Assembly (NCBI GenBank): GCA_021734505.1
Contig: JAIPIT010000001.1
Span: forward strand, 1,693 to 65,692
Origin: Fidelibacterota bacterium
GTDB taxonomy: Bacteria; Fidelibacterota; Fidelibacteria; Fidelibacterales; Fidelibacteraceae
DNA length: 64,000 bases
Reading direction: 5' to 3'
In this document: positions 1 through 9,616 of the stretch, piece after piece
Layout of the letters: each line of letters opens with the position of its first letter
Position numbering within the stretch: the first letter of the stretch is position 1
The notes under the pieces: model-generated
Databases searched by the model: none
The model's input: only the letters and a program-made list of their open reading frames with translations
Told to the model about the DNA's origin: nothing
Program-made: the position numbers and the translations under genes

Positions 1-85
1 TTATACTATCGGGAACGCACCAAGTTGTAGCGAAAGCATTAACGCCTATAAAAAGAAACAATAAAACATTACGAAAGATAGTCAT
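1..85 (-). CDS. 5' end of a CDS that runs off the left edge; signal-peptide-like N-terminus MTIFRNVLLFLFIGVNAFATTWCVPDSI
   Basis: ATG at 85 on the minus strand with an open frame to position 1 and a hydrophobic N-terminus. Truncated, so not in the ORF track. Confidence 0.3.
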   Translation of the reverse strand, partial: MTIFRNVLLFLFIGVNAFATTWCVPDSI

Positions 86-111
86 GTAAAACTTTAATTT
101 ATGTTAATTTG

Positions 112-831
112 TCAGCTGAGTAAATCAACCCGGCCAAAAACAGCATTCATTTCGATCGCTACGGTTTTGGAAAAACCGATTTCGGGGACATTTGTTCGCC
201 TATCGTCTACCTTGCCAAAAATCGGACCACCATGCTTAACTATTTTCCAGTCGGCAGGCACCATCAAGCTTACATTCCCGAAGACCGCTGTTACCTCAAT
301 GTAAACGTTATCTTTTGGATTTGCCTGACGAAGATCCAGATCAAGATTACCAAACACTGCAGTTCCATGACCGCCGACAAGCGCTTCATCACGGATGGTC
401 TCACGCCGGGAATTAAAAATCGTGTTGATATTAAAAACATGATCGGAATTAGTTGATTGATAAGTTTCGGAAGAATCCGGTTCACCGGTTTTTTTATCAT
501 AATGAGCAGATCGTTTTCTTGGCCAGACCATAACCCCCACCATTACGAGCATTGCCGGCCAGATAAGCTCGGAAATATCGTAAACACCATGGGCGTGTAA
601 AAGAAAGATAGCGCCAAGAAAAATAAGGAAAATACCACCACCCCAGGATCCGCCGGGCGCAAAGATCGTGATTAATCCGATCAGGACCAGAATCAGGGGC
701 CACCACTCAACAAAAAGATCGTCAATTTGCCACCAACCAAGATTATTGCCCAATGCAATAAGCCCAAAAGCTACAAATACCAATGCGAGGACAATACGAA
801 AAATGTTATGCCGACTCGGGCGCTTCTCCAT
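112..831 (-). CDS. Membrane protein with a LiaF-like (DUF2154) C-terminal domain
   Basis: N-terminal TM helices, then repeated FGNxxL/FGKV beta-strand motifs (AVFGNLDLDL, AVFGNVSLMVPADW, PIFGKVDD, AVFGRVDL) typical of LiaF-type C-termini. Confidence 0.5.
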   Translation of the reverse strand: MEKRPSRHNIFRIVLALVFVAFGLIALGNNLGWWQIDDLFVEWWPLILVLIGLITIFAPGGSWGGGIFLIFLGAIFLLHAHGVYDISELIWPAMLVMVGVMVWPRKRSAHYDKKTGEPDSSETYQSTNSDHVFNINTIFNSRRETIRDEALVGGHGTAVFGNLDLDLRQANPKDNVYIEVTAVFGNVSLMVPADWKIVKHGGPIFGKVDDRRTNVPEIGFSKTVAIEMNAVFGRVDLLS

Positions 832-832
832 T

Positions 833-1411
833 TTATACCTCCATTATCTTTTGAATAAAATACTTATGAATGCGAGGATCTGGTGTTAGCTCCGGATGAA
901 AGCTCGCGCCGAGGTAAAGATCGGATTCGACCAAAACCGGCATGTCTTCACACCGCGCCAACACTCTGATATCTTTTCCAATATTTTCAATCCTTGGCGC
1001 TCTGATAAACACGGCATGAAAGGGATTGCCGGGATCAAATTCAAGATTGAGATTATCAACAAAAGAATCTTTTTGCGATCCGTAGGCATTACGGGTAACA
1101 CTAACATCCATTAATTCAAATTGGTGAACACGATTATCCTCAATCCCCTTTCCAAGAAGGATCAAACCTGCGCAAGTACCAAAAACAGGCCTTTTCTTTG
1201 CAAAAGCCAATATATCTTCATAGCCGATACGGAACCCCATCATTTTGGTCATGGTCGTTGATTCGCCCCCGGGGAGAATCAAACCATCAATATGAGTAAG
1301 CTGTTCCCGGTATTTGATGATTTCTGCTTTTGCGCCTGCAAGTGAAACAGAAAGTGCATGTTTCTCATATGCGCCCTGGATTCCAAGGACACCAATATTC
1401 AAATCAGACAT
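833..1411 (-). CDS. pdxT: Pyridoxal 5'-phosphate synthase glutaminase subunit PdxT
   Basis: IGVLGIQGA, LILPGGESTT, GTCAGLILL and SFHPELT motifs. Start moved to MSDLNIG, which has a GGAGAG RBS. Lies directly downstream of pdxS. Confidence 0.9.
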   Translation of the reverse strand: MSDLNIGVLGIQGAYEKHALSVSLAGAKAEIIKYREQLTHIDGLILPGGESTTMTKMMGFRIGYEDILAFAKKRPVFGTCAGLILLGKGIEDNRVHQFELMDVSVTRNAYGSQKDSFVDNLNLEFDPGNPFHAVFIRAPRIENIGKDIRVLARCEDMPVLVESDLYLGASFHPELTPDPRIHKYFIQKIMEV

Positions 1412-1425
1412 TTGCTCTCCGGCTT

Positions 1426-2307
1426 TTACCAACCGCGTTTTGCCATTTTTTCATTTTCGTCTAAGGCGACAGCAGAAATGCCCACCATAGCGTCTTTCAA
1501 ACCCTTTGAGACTTCTGCCAAAACAGCAGGATCCAGGTAATGGGTAATAGCCTTTACAATTGCCTCGGCGCGAGGCCTCGGATCATCTGATTTAAAAATA
1601 CCAGAACCAACAAAGACGGCCTCGGCACCCAGTTGCATCATAAGAGATGCATCGGCGGGCGTAGCAATACCTCCGGCTGCAAAGTTGGGAACAGGCAATT
1701 TGCCATTTTGTGCAACCCATTCCACTATAGCGAAAGGAGCACCAAGAATTTTAGCGGCTGCCATAAGTTCTGTTTTATCTAAAGTAGTTAATCGTCTTAT
1801 TTCAGCGGTAACGCTACGCATATGCCGGACAGCTTCAACAATATCACCGGTACCGGGCTCACCTTTTGTGCGGATCATTGCGGCACCTTCGCCAATGCGG
1901 CGAAGGGCTTCTCCAAGATTCCGGCAACCACAAACAAAGGGAACATTGAAATCTTGTTTCCAAATATGATTTTCTTCATCAGCGGGTGTTAAAACTTCAG
2001 ATTCATCTATAAAATCAACTCCGATCTCCTGAAGGATCTGGGCTTCGGCGAAGTGGCCGATACGACATTTTGCCATCACGGGTATAGAGACGGCTTCTTT
2101 GATCTTGAGGATCATTTCAGGATTACTCATTCGGGAAATACCGCCATGAGCACGAATATCCGCGGGAATACGTTCAAGGGCCATGACCGACGATGCACCG
2201 GCATCTTCAGCGATCTTTGCCTGGTCTACATTCGTTACATCCATAATAACGCCGCCCTTTAGCATTTCAGCAAGACCGACCTTTACCTCAAAAGTACCTT
2301 TTTTCAT
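1426..2307 (-). CDS. pdxS: Pyridoxal 5'-phosphate synthase lyase subunit PdxS
   Basis: [24 protein letters not shown] and [12 protein letters not shown] signatures; 293 aa; paired with pdxT. Confidence 0.95.
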   Translation of the reverse strand: MKKGTFEVKVGLAEMLKGGVIMDVTNVDQAKIAEDAGASSVMALERIPADIRAHGGISRMSNPEMILKIKEAVSIPVMAKCRIGHFAEAQILQEIGVDFIDESEVLTPADEENHIWKQDFNVPFVCGCRNLGEALRRIGEGAAMIRTKGEPGTGDIVEAVRHMRSVTAEIRRLTTLDKTELMAAAKILGAPFAIVEWVAQNGKLPVPNFAAGGIATPADASLMMQLGAEAVFVGSGIFKSDDPRPRAEAIVKAITHYLDPAVLAEVSKGLKDAMVGISAVALDENEKMAKRGW

Positions 2308-3149
2308 TTCTTTTTATCTCCGTTTAATAATTTTATATAAGTGACTATTTCTTCTATCAGTTTTACGGGTGTACTGGCGCCGGCGGTAATGCCCAGCGAA
2401 GCACAACCCTTAAGCCAGGCAGGGTTGATCTCTTCCTTGCCGGCCACCATATACGTGTGATCGTTCAAAGAGCGAGAAACTTCGAATAGGCGTTTGGAGT
2501 TTGCTGAAGCGGGGTCGCCTATTACAATAACACAATCGTTGTTTTTTGCAAGTGAAAGTATTTCAGTTTGATTTCTGCGGGTAGGTTCACATATCGTATT
2601 AATGATACGGCAATCGCGGGACCTTGTCAATAAAAGCGGTAAGATATGTTGAACATTTTCGATCCGCTGAGTACTTTGAATCACAACACCGGTTCTTTGC
2701 TTTAATTTACACAGATCTATATCCTCAGGTGATTCAATAATACAGGGGTCGTGCAGACGAGAAACAATACCAATTACTTCATCATGTTCACGGTCGCCGA
2801 TTACAACAACCTGACGCCCTTCGTCTTCCAGCTCGCGAGCATATTTATGTATTTCGCGAACCAGCGGACAAGTGCCATCAATAATATTCAAGCCCATTTC
2901 TTTTGCTTTATGCATTAGCTTAACATCTGTTCCGTGAGCACGAAGGAGCAAGGGCATATTTCCAACCTTATCAAGAGAGTCGACAAAAACAAGGCCTTCG
3001 GCTTCCAATTCGTCCATGACAACTTTATTATGAACAAGATCACCCAGAACGGCAACCCCCCTCTCTTTTTTCAGGGTATCATAAGCAAGCTGAACGGCAT
3101 TTTTTACACCGGTACAGAACCCGCAATTTTGAGCGATCTCAATTTTCAT
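2304..3149 (-). CDS. ispH: 4-hydroxy-3-methylbut-2-enyl diphosphate reductase IspH/LytB
   Basis: [11 protein letters not shown]-terminal Cys motif, further conserved Cys (GTCPLV, NTICEPT), 281 aa. Confidence 0.9.
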   Translation of the reverse strand: MKIEIAQNCGFCTGVKNAVQLAYDTLKKERGVAVLGDLVHNKVVMDELEAEGLVFVDSLDKVGNMPLLLRAHGTDVKLMHKAKEMGLNIIDGTCPLVREIHKYARELEDEGRQVVVIGDREHDEVIGIVSRLHDPCIIESPEDIDLCKLKQRTGVVIQSTQRIENVQHILPLLLTRSRDCRIINTICEPTRRNQTEILSLAKNNDCVIVIGDPASANSKRLFEVSRSLNDHTYMVAGKEEINPAWLKGCASLGITAGASTPVKLIEEIVTYIKLLNGDKKK

Positions 3150-4164
3150 TAAAGGTCTCTTTAACTTGTTTTTTCATAGCTTCAATAACCTCCGGGCATA
3201 TATCATCCATCGGTCGTTCACTAACAATGCCACTGGCGTGTTTGTGTCCGCCGCCCCCAAAACTACGGGCAATGGCATTAGTTGCAACCGTGCCCTTGGA
3301 ACGGAAATTTATACGCGTTGAACCGTCTAAACGTTCCTTGAACATAATGGCAACCTCAACTCCGTTTATCATGCGCATAAAATCGGTTATTCCTTCCGTA
3401 TCCATATCGCCGGCGTCATTATCAACCAGCATCTTTCTTGTTATAAGGAACCAAACGATCTTCCCGTCATCCGAAAACTGAAGATTATTCATGATTGACG
3501 AGAAGAGACGAACACCCGAACGGGAAATATTGCCAAAAAGATCAATATAAGTACGATAGACATTGATATCATATTGCATCAGCTCAGAAACCACCCGGTG
3601 TGAGTGTTTTGTGGTATTGCCGAAACGAAAATTCCCCGTATCGCCCGCAATGGCGGTATATAAGGCAGTTGCGATTAGTTGATCCATGTGCTGCGGATAG
3701 CAGTATTGAATAAATTCATACATTAATTTGCCGACCGAACAATCTTTGTCGTTCACTATTTCCTGTAAATATAAGGGATTGTTTTCTTTGGGATGATGAT
3801 CTATAGAAATAATAGGACGTTTTGTATCAACGGCATCATGCCCAAGCTGACCTATCCGCAAAAATGAGCCCGCGTCCAACACAAAAAGCATATCCACTCT
3901 TGATAAAATGGTTTGATGAAGAGATGGAACATAGCGCTGACAAAGCTGTTTCGGATCCATGAATTTCAGGCTTTCGGGGGTAGGGGAAATATTAAAAATA
4001 AAAACTTCCTTGCCCAGTTTTTTCAGAATATGATAAAGAGCGAGCTCAGAACCCAAACCATCGGCGTCGGGGTTTTGGTGGGTGGTAATAACAAAGGAAG
4101 ACGCGAATTGTATGCGTTGTTCCAGTTCTTTCCATTGTCGGTTCATATTTCCATCACTTGCCAT
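3139..4164 (-). CDS. nrnA: DHH/DHHA1 phosphoesterase, NrnA-like oligoribonuclease/pAp phosphatase
   Basis: HQNPDADGLGS, DHH and C-terminal GGGGHKHASG motifs. Confidence 0.8.
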   Translation of the reverse strand: MASDGNMNRQWKELEQRIQFASSFVITTHQNPDADGLGSELALYHILKKLGKEVFIFNISPTPESLKFMDPKQLCQRYVPSLHQTILSRVDMLFVLDAGSFLRIGQLGHDAVDTKRPIISIDHHPKENNPLYLQEIVNDKDCSVGKLMYEFIQYCYPQHMDQLIATALYTAIAGDTGNFRFGNTTKHSHRVVSELMQYDINVYRTYIDLFGNISRSGVRLFSSIMNNLQFSDDGKIVWFLITRKMLVDNDAGDMDTEGITDFMRMINGVEVAIMFKERLDGSTRINFRSKGTVATNAIARSFGGGGHKHASGIVSERPMDDICPEVIEAMKKQVKETFNEN

Positions 4165-4484
4165 TTTCTATAGACTCCTAAATAGCAGGTATTTTACACA
4201 AAAAAAAGTATAAAGGCAAACCTGTTCTATGAAGCTTTATACGTTTGAGAAAGGTAAAAGAGAAAGGAAACACAAAAAAGAGGCAATATATAATATTCAA
4301 ATAACTAATTGGGAAAAATAAACATGACATATCAATCCCCGTTCTGTTCTATTTCACATAGCGGGTTATTAATAGCTTTTCCATCAAAAAGGTTGGGCCA
4401 TCCCGGATATGAAATTTTGTGAGGCAAATCACACAATAAAAATCACACTTCACAGAACACAAAAAACAGCTTAAATTCCCAACC

Positions 4485-5723
4485 ATGGGGACGATATATC
4501 GCACATCATTTACACCCTATTTAGAATTGTTTGAGCCCCGATCGGTCTACATTTCTGAATTAAGACTTCAACATGCCTGGAAAAACTCACTTTGGAAGCA
4601 AACTCGCTATGATACAAAAGGAAGAAAGCTCCGCATTTTAAGCCCGGGTCGCCATAATCATAGCGATGGTCCGGACTTTTTGGACGCTCGGATCATGTTG
4701 GATGAAAAATTATTAAGCGGAGATATTGAGCTTCATCATCGGCCGTCTGATTGGTATGCCCACGACCACCACATTGATCACGCTTACGATCATTGCATAT
4801 TACATATCGTTTTTCATGAACCGCGAAGTTCTGCTGATGCACGGTGCGCGGCGAGAAATGTTTTGCCAACCTGCTATATTTCGCTTGAAGAAGTACTGGA
4901 CATGAAGCCGCCCGGCTCATGCCGTATTTTTTCACCAAACAAAGAAAATTATTTTGATCTATTATATAAACAAGGGTGGACACGGGTAAATAAAAAAGTA
5001 CGTTATTTCTACGATAATCGACTGCGTTTTCCGAGCGATGTCATGTTATATTGGGGTCTATTCAAAGCCTGCGGATACCGCTATAATGAAGAAAATATGA
5101 TCAAATTATTTGTCCGATTTCCGTGGGCGGCATATTGTGACGGGCTTTTGGACAGACAGGACATTATTCCCATACTTAACGAGCTTGGGGGATTTTCCGC
5201 AAAAAAATCCAACGAAATCCGATGGACACGCTCCCGAACGCGACCGGTGCACTTTCCCGAAAACCGGGTTGACTGGCTTGGAAGATTAATGACGCTATAC
5301 TATCGCGCATCTCTATCCGGCATCCTTTATGAAACCTGTCGGCAAAAAGGCAATATTAATGAAATAAAATTTATCCTCTATAATTCTACAACGATTTCAC
5401 CACCCGGAACGTTCTTGCAAAAAGAAATACTTCTTAATACGATTTTACCTCTTATGGAGGCGATGAGAAAAGAAAATGGCGACAAAGAGCCCCTTTATTC
5501 ATTAATAAGAGATAAGATAGAAAACAGCCAAACACCGATTGTTTATGGGGTGGTCAAACGTTTTCATGATCAACACGATATAGAGGAAAAAGATAAACGA
5601 CAACGGAATTGGCTGATCTCCCAAGGTGTTTTAAACATTCACGATCAATATTGCTCGCAGGGAATGCAAATAAATTGTCCAATATGTCTTATGGACGAGG
5701 CGAAGAAGGTTGCGTCGAAATAA
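4485..5723 (+). CDS. DUF2851 family protein
   Basis: GPDFLDARI...GDIELHHRPSDWYAHDHH block resembles the DUF2851 core found in Bacteroidota-type genomes. Confidence 0.55.
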   Translation: MGTIYRTSFTPYLELFEPRSVYISELRLQHAWKNSLWKQTRYDTKGRKLRILSPGRHNHSDGPDFLDARIMLDEKLLSGDIELHHRPSDWYAHDHHIDHAYDHCILHIVFHEPRSSADARCAARNVLPTCYISLEEVLDMKPPGSCRIFSPNKENYFDLLYKQGWTRVNKKVRYFYDNRLRFPSDVMLYWGLFKACGYRYNEENMIKLFVRFPWAAYCDGLLDRQDIIPILNELGGFSAKKSNEIRWTRSRTRPVHFPENRVDWLGRLMTLYYRASLSGILYETCRQKGNINEIKFILYNSTTISPPGTFLQKEILLNTILPLMEAMRKENGDKEPLYSLIRDKIENSQTPIVYGVVKRFHDQHDIEEKDKRQRNWLISQGVLNIHDQYCSQGMQINCPICLMDEAKKVASK

Positions 5724-5767
5724 ATTTTTCATAGTTTCATTTATCAAATCATTGTACATTTAACGAT

Positions 5768-6265
5768 ATGAAAGATATATATACTACCAAAGAGTGGGCA
5801 GCACTGAAAGAACGCGTTAGGGAGCGGAAACAAGAAGGACAAAAATTGGTTTTCACCAACGGATGTTTTGATGTTATACACCCCGGCCATGAAGCGCTTC
5901 TTGCATTTGCGCGCAAACAGGGCGGTATATGTGTACTGGGCATGAATAGCGACTCAAGCGTAAAAAAACTAAAAGGAGCGGACCGCCCGGTGAATTCAGA
6001 AGAAAAACGCGCACAGGATCTTTTAAAGACAGGATATGTGGACGCGATTGTGATCTTTGATGAAGATACGCCACAGGAGCTCGTTGATTTTTTAGAGCCG
6101 GAAATTCTGATCAAGGGTGATGATTATCGCTTTGAAACCATTGTTGGGGCACCGGAAGTTTTAGCGCGGGGCGGAAAAGTATTGGTTTTCAAAAAGGTCC
6201 CGGGTTATTCAACCACAGAGATATTACACAAAGAGAAAATAAATATTGAAACAAATAGAGGATAA
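5768..6265 (+). CDS. D-glycero-beta-D-manno-heptose 1-phosphate adenylyltransferase (RfaE domain II-like cytidylyltransferase)
   Basis: FTNGCFDVIHPGH nucleotidyltransferase motif; 165 aa. Confidence 0.75.
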   Translation: MKDIYTTKEWAALKERVRERKQEGQKLVFTNGCFDVIHPGHEALLAFARKQGGICVLGMNSDSSVKKLKGADRPVNSEEKRAQDLLKTGYVDAIVIFDEDTPQELVDFLEPEILIKGDDYRFETIVGAPEVLARGGKVLVFKKVPGYSTTEILHKEKINIETNRG

Positions 6266-6278
6266 AGGTGTTTGGTCT

Positions 6279-7112
6279 ATGATGAAACAATATATAAAAC
6301 CCTACATTCTTGTTGGCATGCTTTTTCTGATCGGAAACACCACATTGCTTTCGGCCGAGAATATTCTAAAGATATTAGAAGGCTATGGAAGAGATTCAAT
6401 AGCCACGTTTTCCACCCAGAGCGCTCAGGCAGAAGCAGCTAAAGTATTTAATTTAATTCTTGAGCCGGATGGCAAAGTAACCGTTGAAAAAGCCGAACAA
6501 TATTTGGTAAACATGAAATCTTCTGCTATGAAAGCGTATCTTTCCGTGATGCTGGCGGACTATGCTTTTGTCAACAATGCCTATGACAGCGGCTTACGTT
6601 ATCTCAAGCGCGCCGTGGAAGAACACGACCCGATCCGGAATGACAGCTATTATCGAATGGTTTTAGATAGGGCGCAGAAAAGCATTGCCGAATCTTCCGG
6701 TAAAAACGACGAAAATAAAGCCAGTATTCTTTCGGGAAGCAATCCAACGGCGATAAAAAAAGAACCGTTAATTGAAAATGTAAAACTCGACACAAACCCT
6801 GAGCCACAAGTTGTAATAGTTGCCCCGGAACCTTCAAAAGAAGAGTTAATTCCGGTGCCCGAAAAAGCCATCAATTTCAGGATCCAAGTCGGTGCTTTTT
6901 CTATTCAAGAAAATGCAAATAAGAAAAAAAAATATTTTGAAGAGGGCGGTTATCCCGTTGAAATAAATACCAGAGAGATCACAGCGGGATATTTATATAT
7001 CGTTCGCGTTGGCGCTTATGAATCTTACGATGAAGCCAAAAAAGCCCTGGTAGAACTAAAATCAAAATATCCATCAGAAGACGGGATCGTTATAAAGGTA
7101 GCTGAAAAATGA
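6279..7112 (+). CDS. SPOR domain-containing protein
   Basis: N-terminal signal/TM segment. The C-terminus FRIQVGAFSIQENA...YIVRVGAYESYDEAKKAL matches SPOR repeats. Start moved to MMKQY after the upstream stop. Confidence 0.7.
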   Translation: MMKQYIKPYILVGMLFLIGNTTLLSAENILKILEGYGRDSIATFSTQSAQAEAAKVFNLILEPDGKVTVEKAEQYLVNMKSSAMKAYLSVMLADYAFVNNAYDSGLRYLKRAVEEHDPIRNDSYYRMVLDRAQKSIAESSGKNDENKASILSGSNPTAIKKEPLIENVKLDTNPEPQVVIVAPEPSKEELIPVPEKAINFRIQVGAFSIQENANKKKKYFEEGGYPVEINTREITAGYLYIVRVGAYESYDEAKKALVELKSKYPSEDGIVIKVAEK

Positions 7113-9460
7113 GAAGATTTCGCTCATTTCTTATGCTTATCTTTCTCTTTGCGGGAATGCTTTATGCCGTAGTGGGAGACTGGGTTTCTTATGGTTCGCA
7201 ATTAACACTCAAAGACATACATATTTCCGGTAGCACTCTCCGCGCTGCATCACATGGCGGGATAGTGGTCTTTGATACTCAAAATGAAAGTTTTAACACA
7301 GAAAGCAACAACGACTATCTTAAACATATCGACATACTTCGGTATTTTGTGAATGAAGATGAAAGCGAATGGTATTCCTATACTTCCAGTATAAATGGAA
7401 TAAGTTATCGTTCGGCGAACGGAAATGGCGACTACTTTGATTTTGAATTTACTAACGCAATTGCATTTACCGGAAACGAAGAAAATGTGCTTGTTATCTA
7501 CATGAATGATTTTACTCCCGAAGTCGCCCATTTTGTAAAAAACAATAATAGGTATATATTTCAGGATACTTACAATCAATTTCCCGAGAACCCTCAAGCT
7601 ATTTACGATATTGAGCTTGTTGAAGACAGTATTTTTTTAGCGACAGATAAAGGGTTGATCAAAGCATGGCTGAACCATGCTAATCTAAAGCCCGAAAGCG
7701 CATGGACCTCGGTGATGCTGGACAGTAGTTCAATTATACAATGTTTGGGCATCATGGGGGATAGTCTATTCTTTGTAAACGAAAAGGAAGATCTATACAG
7801 CTATTATGAAGGTGGGGAATACAAGATATTTGATTGCAGCGGGCCAAGTCTTTCATTTTATCGGCATAACAATGATCTTTATTATGCCACAGAAAACATC
7901 ATATACAATGCGCTCAGTGGTGAAATTATTTATACTTCCGATAAAAAATTAAGCGGTTTCACATTAAACAATGATACACTATGGATATCGGAAGAGAACA
8001 ATGGATTAACACGTATTTTACTCAGTGACGCCAGATCCAAACAATTCAGACCCAATACCCCACTATACTTAAGAGCCAATTCTCTCGCAATTACGGCAGA
8101 TCAAAAAGTGGCGGTATGTGGCTTAAGCGGAATTTCCATTCTTGATAAGAACAGTTGGCATAGTTTAGTATTTTCTCCCTATGAAGAGGTTTTGCACAGT
8201 GAGCGCCAGGCGGATAGATTTTCAGCCGACACATTAAACATATCCTACAGGATTGGCGGACAAACGACTGTTTATGACGCCATGATTTCCTCAAACGGAG
8301 AACTTTTCTGTTCGATCACTGACATTACCGCCCTTCCCATTAGCGGACAAAATCCGGCAACAGAAGGCCCCGGTGCCTTACAGCGCATTGACTTGAATGA
8401 TGTTTCCCAATATACCGTATATGATACAGTTGATGGAACTATTAAGGGAACAGAAGAACTCGGCGGAGACCCATATTATTTAAAAATGCACGGTCTTGCC
8501 GAAGATATTTACAATAATATTTGGGCACTGAATGTTCATACTATCGACGCGCACCCCTTGCTTAAAATAAGACCAAACGGAGAGATACAAAAAATTTCCG
8601 TTGAGGAGTCCGGCAATACCCTGCAAATTCTTGCGAGAGAAATGGTTTTTGACGACCATGGCAGATTATGGATCGCCAATGAGGCGCGTCAATCCGATAT
8701 TCCCAGAACAACGGGCGGGATAACGGTTTATGACCAGAATACCGGAGTGTGGGCGTTGATCACAACTTCTGACGGCTTGATAAGTAATGATGTATATTCC
8801 ATTGATCTTGACCCTCTCACGGGAAATATATGGGTTGCTACGGCTTCGGGCGTACAAATGATCCGAACCCCGACATCTTTTACAAATGATACGGAATTTA
8901 GTTTAAATCCGGCCATTGATGGTCTAAGCGGAATAGTTCCGGTGAAAATTAGAATTGACCCCAAGGGCAATAAATGGATATTAACCCAAAGTCAAGGGGT
9001 TCAGATCTATCTTACAAGCAATCGCTGGTTTGATGACGGAAACGGTTTGACAACAGAAAACTCAGCACTGCTTGATGATGTGGTCTACGATCTTGTTTTT
9101 GATGCCAAGAACGGTTACGCATATTTGCTTACTGCTTCGGGATTAAGCCGGTATGAGATCGCCTGGACCGAAGAACGAACATCCATGGATGAAGTAATTA
9201 TATTTCCCCAGCCCTTTCATCCGGGTCTTGATCCCTATCTTGCAATTGACGGTATAGCGGAACAAAGCCAAGTTAGAATAACAACATTGAGCGGTAGGGT
9301 TGTTCGGCAATTTACCGCAGATGCCGAAGAAAATATGGGCAAACAGATCGTTTGGGATGGGATCTTGCCCAACGGCGAATTTATCCCGCGGGGAGTTTAC
9401 CTTGTCTTTATTACAAATATCGACGGACTAAAAGCCACCACCAAGTTTGCTGTTGAATGA
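7109..9460 (+). CDS. Secreted beta-propeller-like protein with a T9SS/FlgD-Ig-like C-terminal sorting domain
   Basis: Signal peptide, two-component-regulator-propeller-like repeats (IWVAT, LWIANE), and a C-terminus FPQPFHPG...RITTLSGRVVRQF...GVYLVFI. ATGA overlap with the upstream gene. Confidence 0.6.
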   Translation: MRRFRSFLMLIFLFAGMLYAVVGDWVSYGSQLTLKDIHISGSTLRAASHGGIVVFDTQNESFNTESNNDYLKHIDILRYFVNEDESEWYSYTSSINGISYRSANGNGDYFDFEFTNAIAFTGNEENVLVIYMNDFTPEVAHFVKNNNRYIFQDTYNQFPENPQAIYDIELVEDSIFLATDKGLIKAWLNHANLKPESAWTSVMLDSSSIIQCLGIMGDSLFFVNEKEDLYSYYEGGEYKIFDCSGPSLSFYRHNNDLYYATENIIYNALSGEIIYTSDKKLSGFTLNNDTLWISEENNGLTRILLSDARSKQFRPNTPLYLRANSLAITADQKVAVCGLSGISILDKNSWHSLVFSPYEEVLHSERQADRFSADTLNISYRIGGQTTVYDAMISSNGELFCSITDITALPISGQNPATEGPGALQRIDLNDVSQYTVYDTVDGTIKGTEELGGDPYYLKMHGLAEDIYNNIWALNVHTIDAHPLLKIRPNGEIQKISVEESGNTLQILAREMVFDDHGRLWIANEARQSDIPRTTGGITVYDQNTGVWALITTSDGLISNDVYSIDLDPLTGNIWVATASGVQMIRTPTSFTNDTEFSLNPAIDGLSGIVPVKIRIDPKGNKWILTQSQGVQIYLTSNRWFDDGNGLTTENSALLDDVVYDLVFDAKNGYAYLLTASGLSRYEIAWTEERTSMDEVIIFPQPFHPGLDPYLAIDGIAEQSQVRITTLSGRVVRQFTADAEENMGKQIVWDGILPNGEFIPRGVYLVFITNIDGLKATTKFAVE

Positions 9461-9616
9461 TCCCCAGAACGCAATTTATTTAATAAATTTACAAAAAAGC
9501 GCTGTTTTCAGTTTTTATTCTTATGACATACTTTTGCCTTTATATTTTTGCCTTTATACTTTTCTTTACCTAAATTTATTTGTTGTACATGTTTTGAAAC
9601 GCAAACAAGGAAGATC

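Noticed and set aside
9548-9616. N-terminal extension of the alaS ORF (MPLYFSLPKFICCTCFETQTRKI).
   Set aside because: The extension starts inside the tandem TTTTGCCTTTATA repeat. AlaRS homologs begin at the MDSKTIRKQFIEYF-type sequence, and there is a purine-rich stretch before the ATG at 9617.
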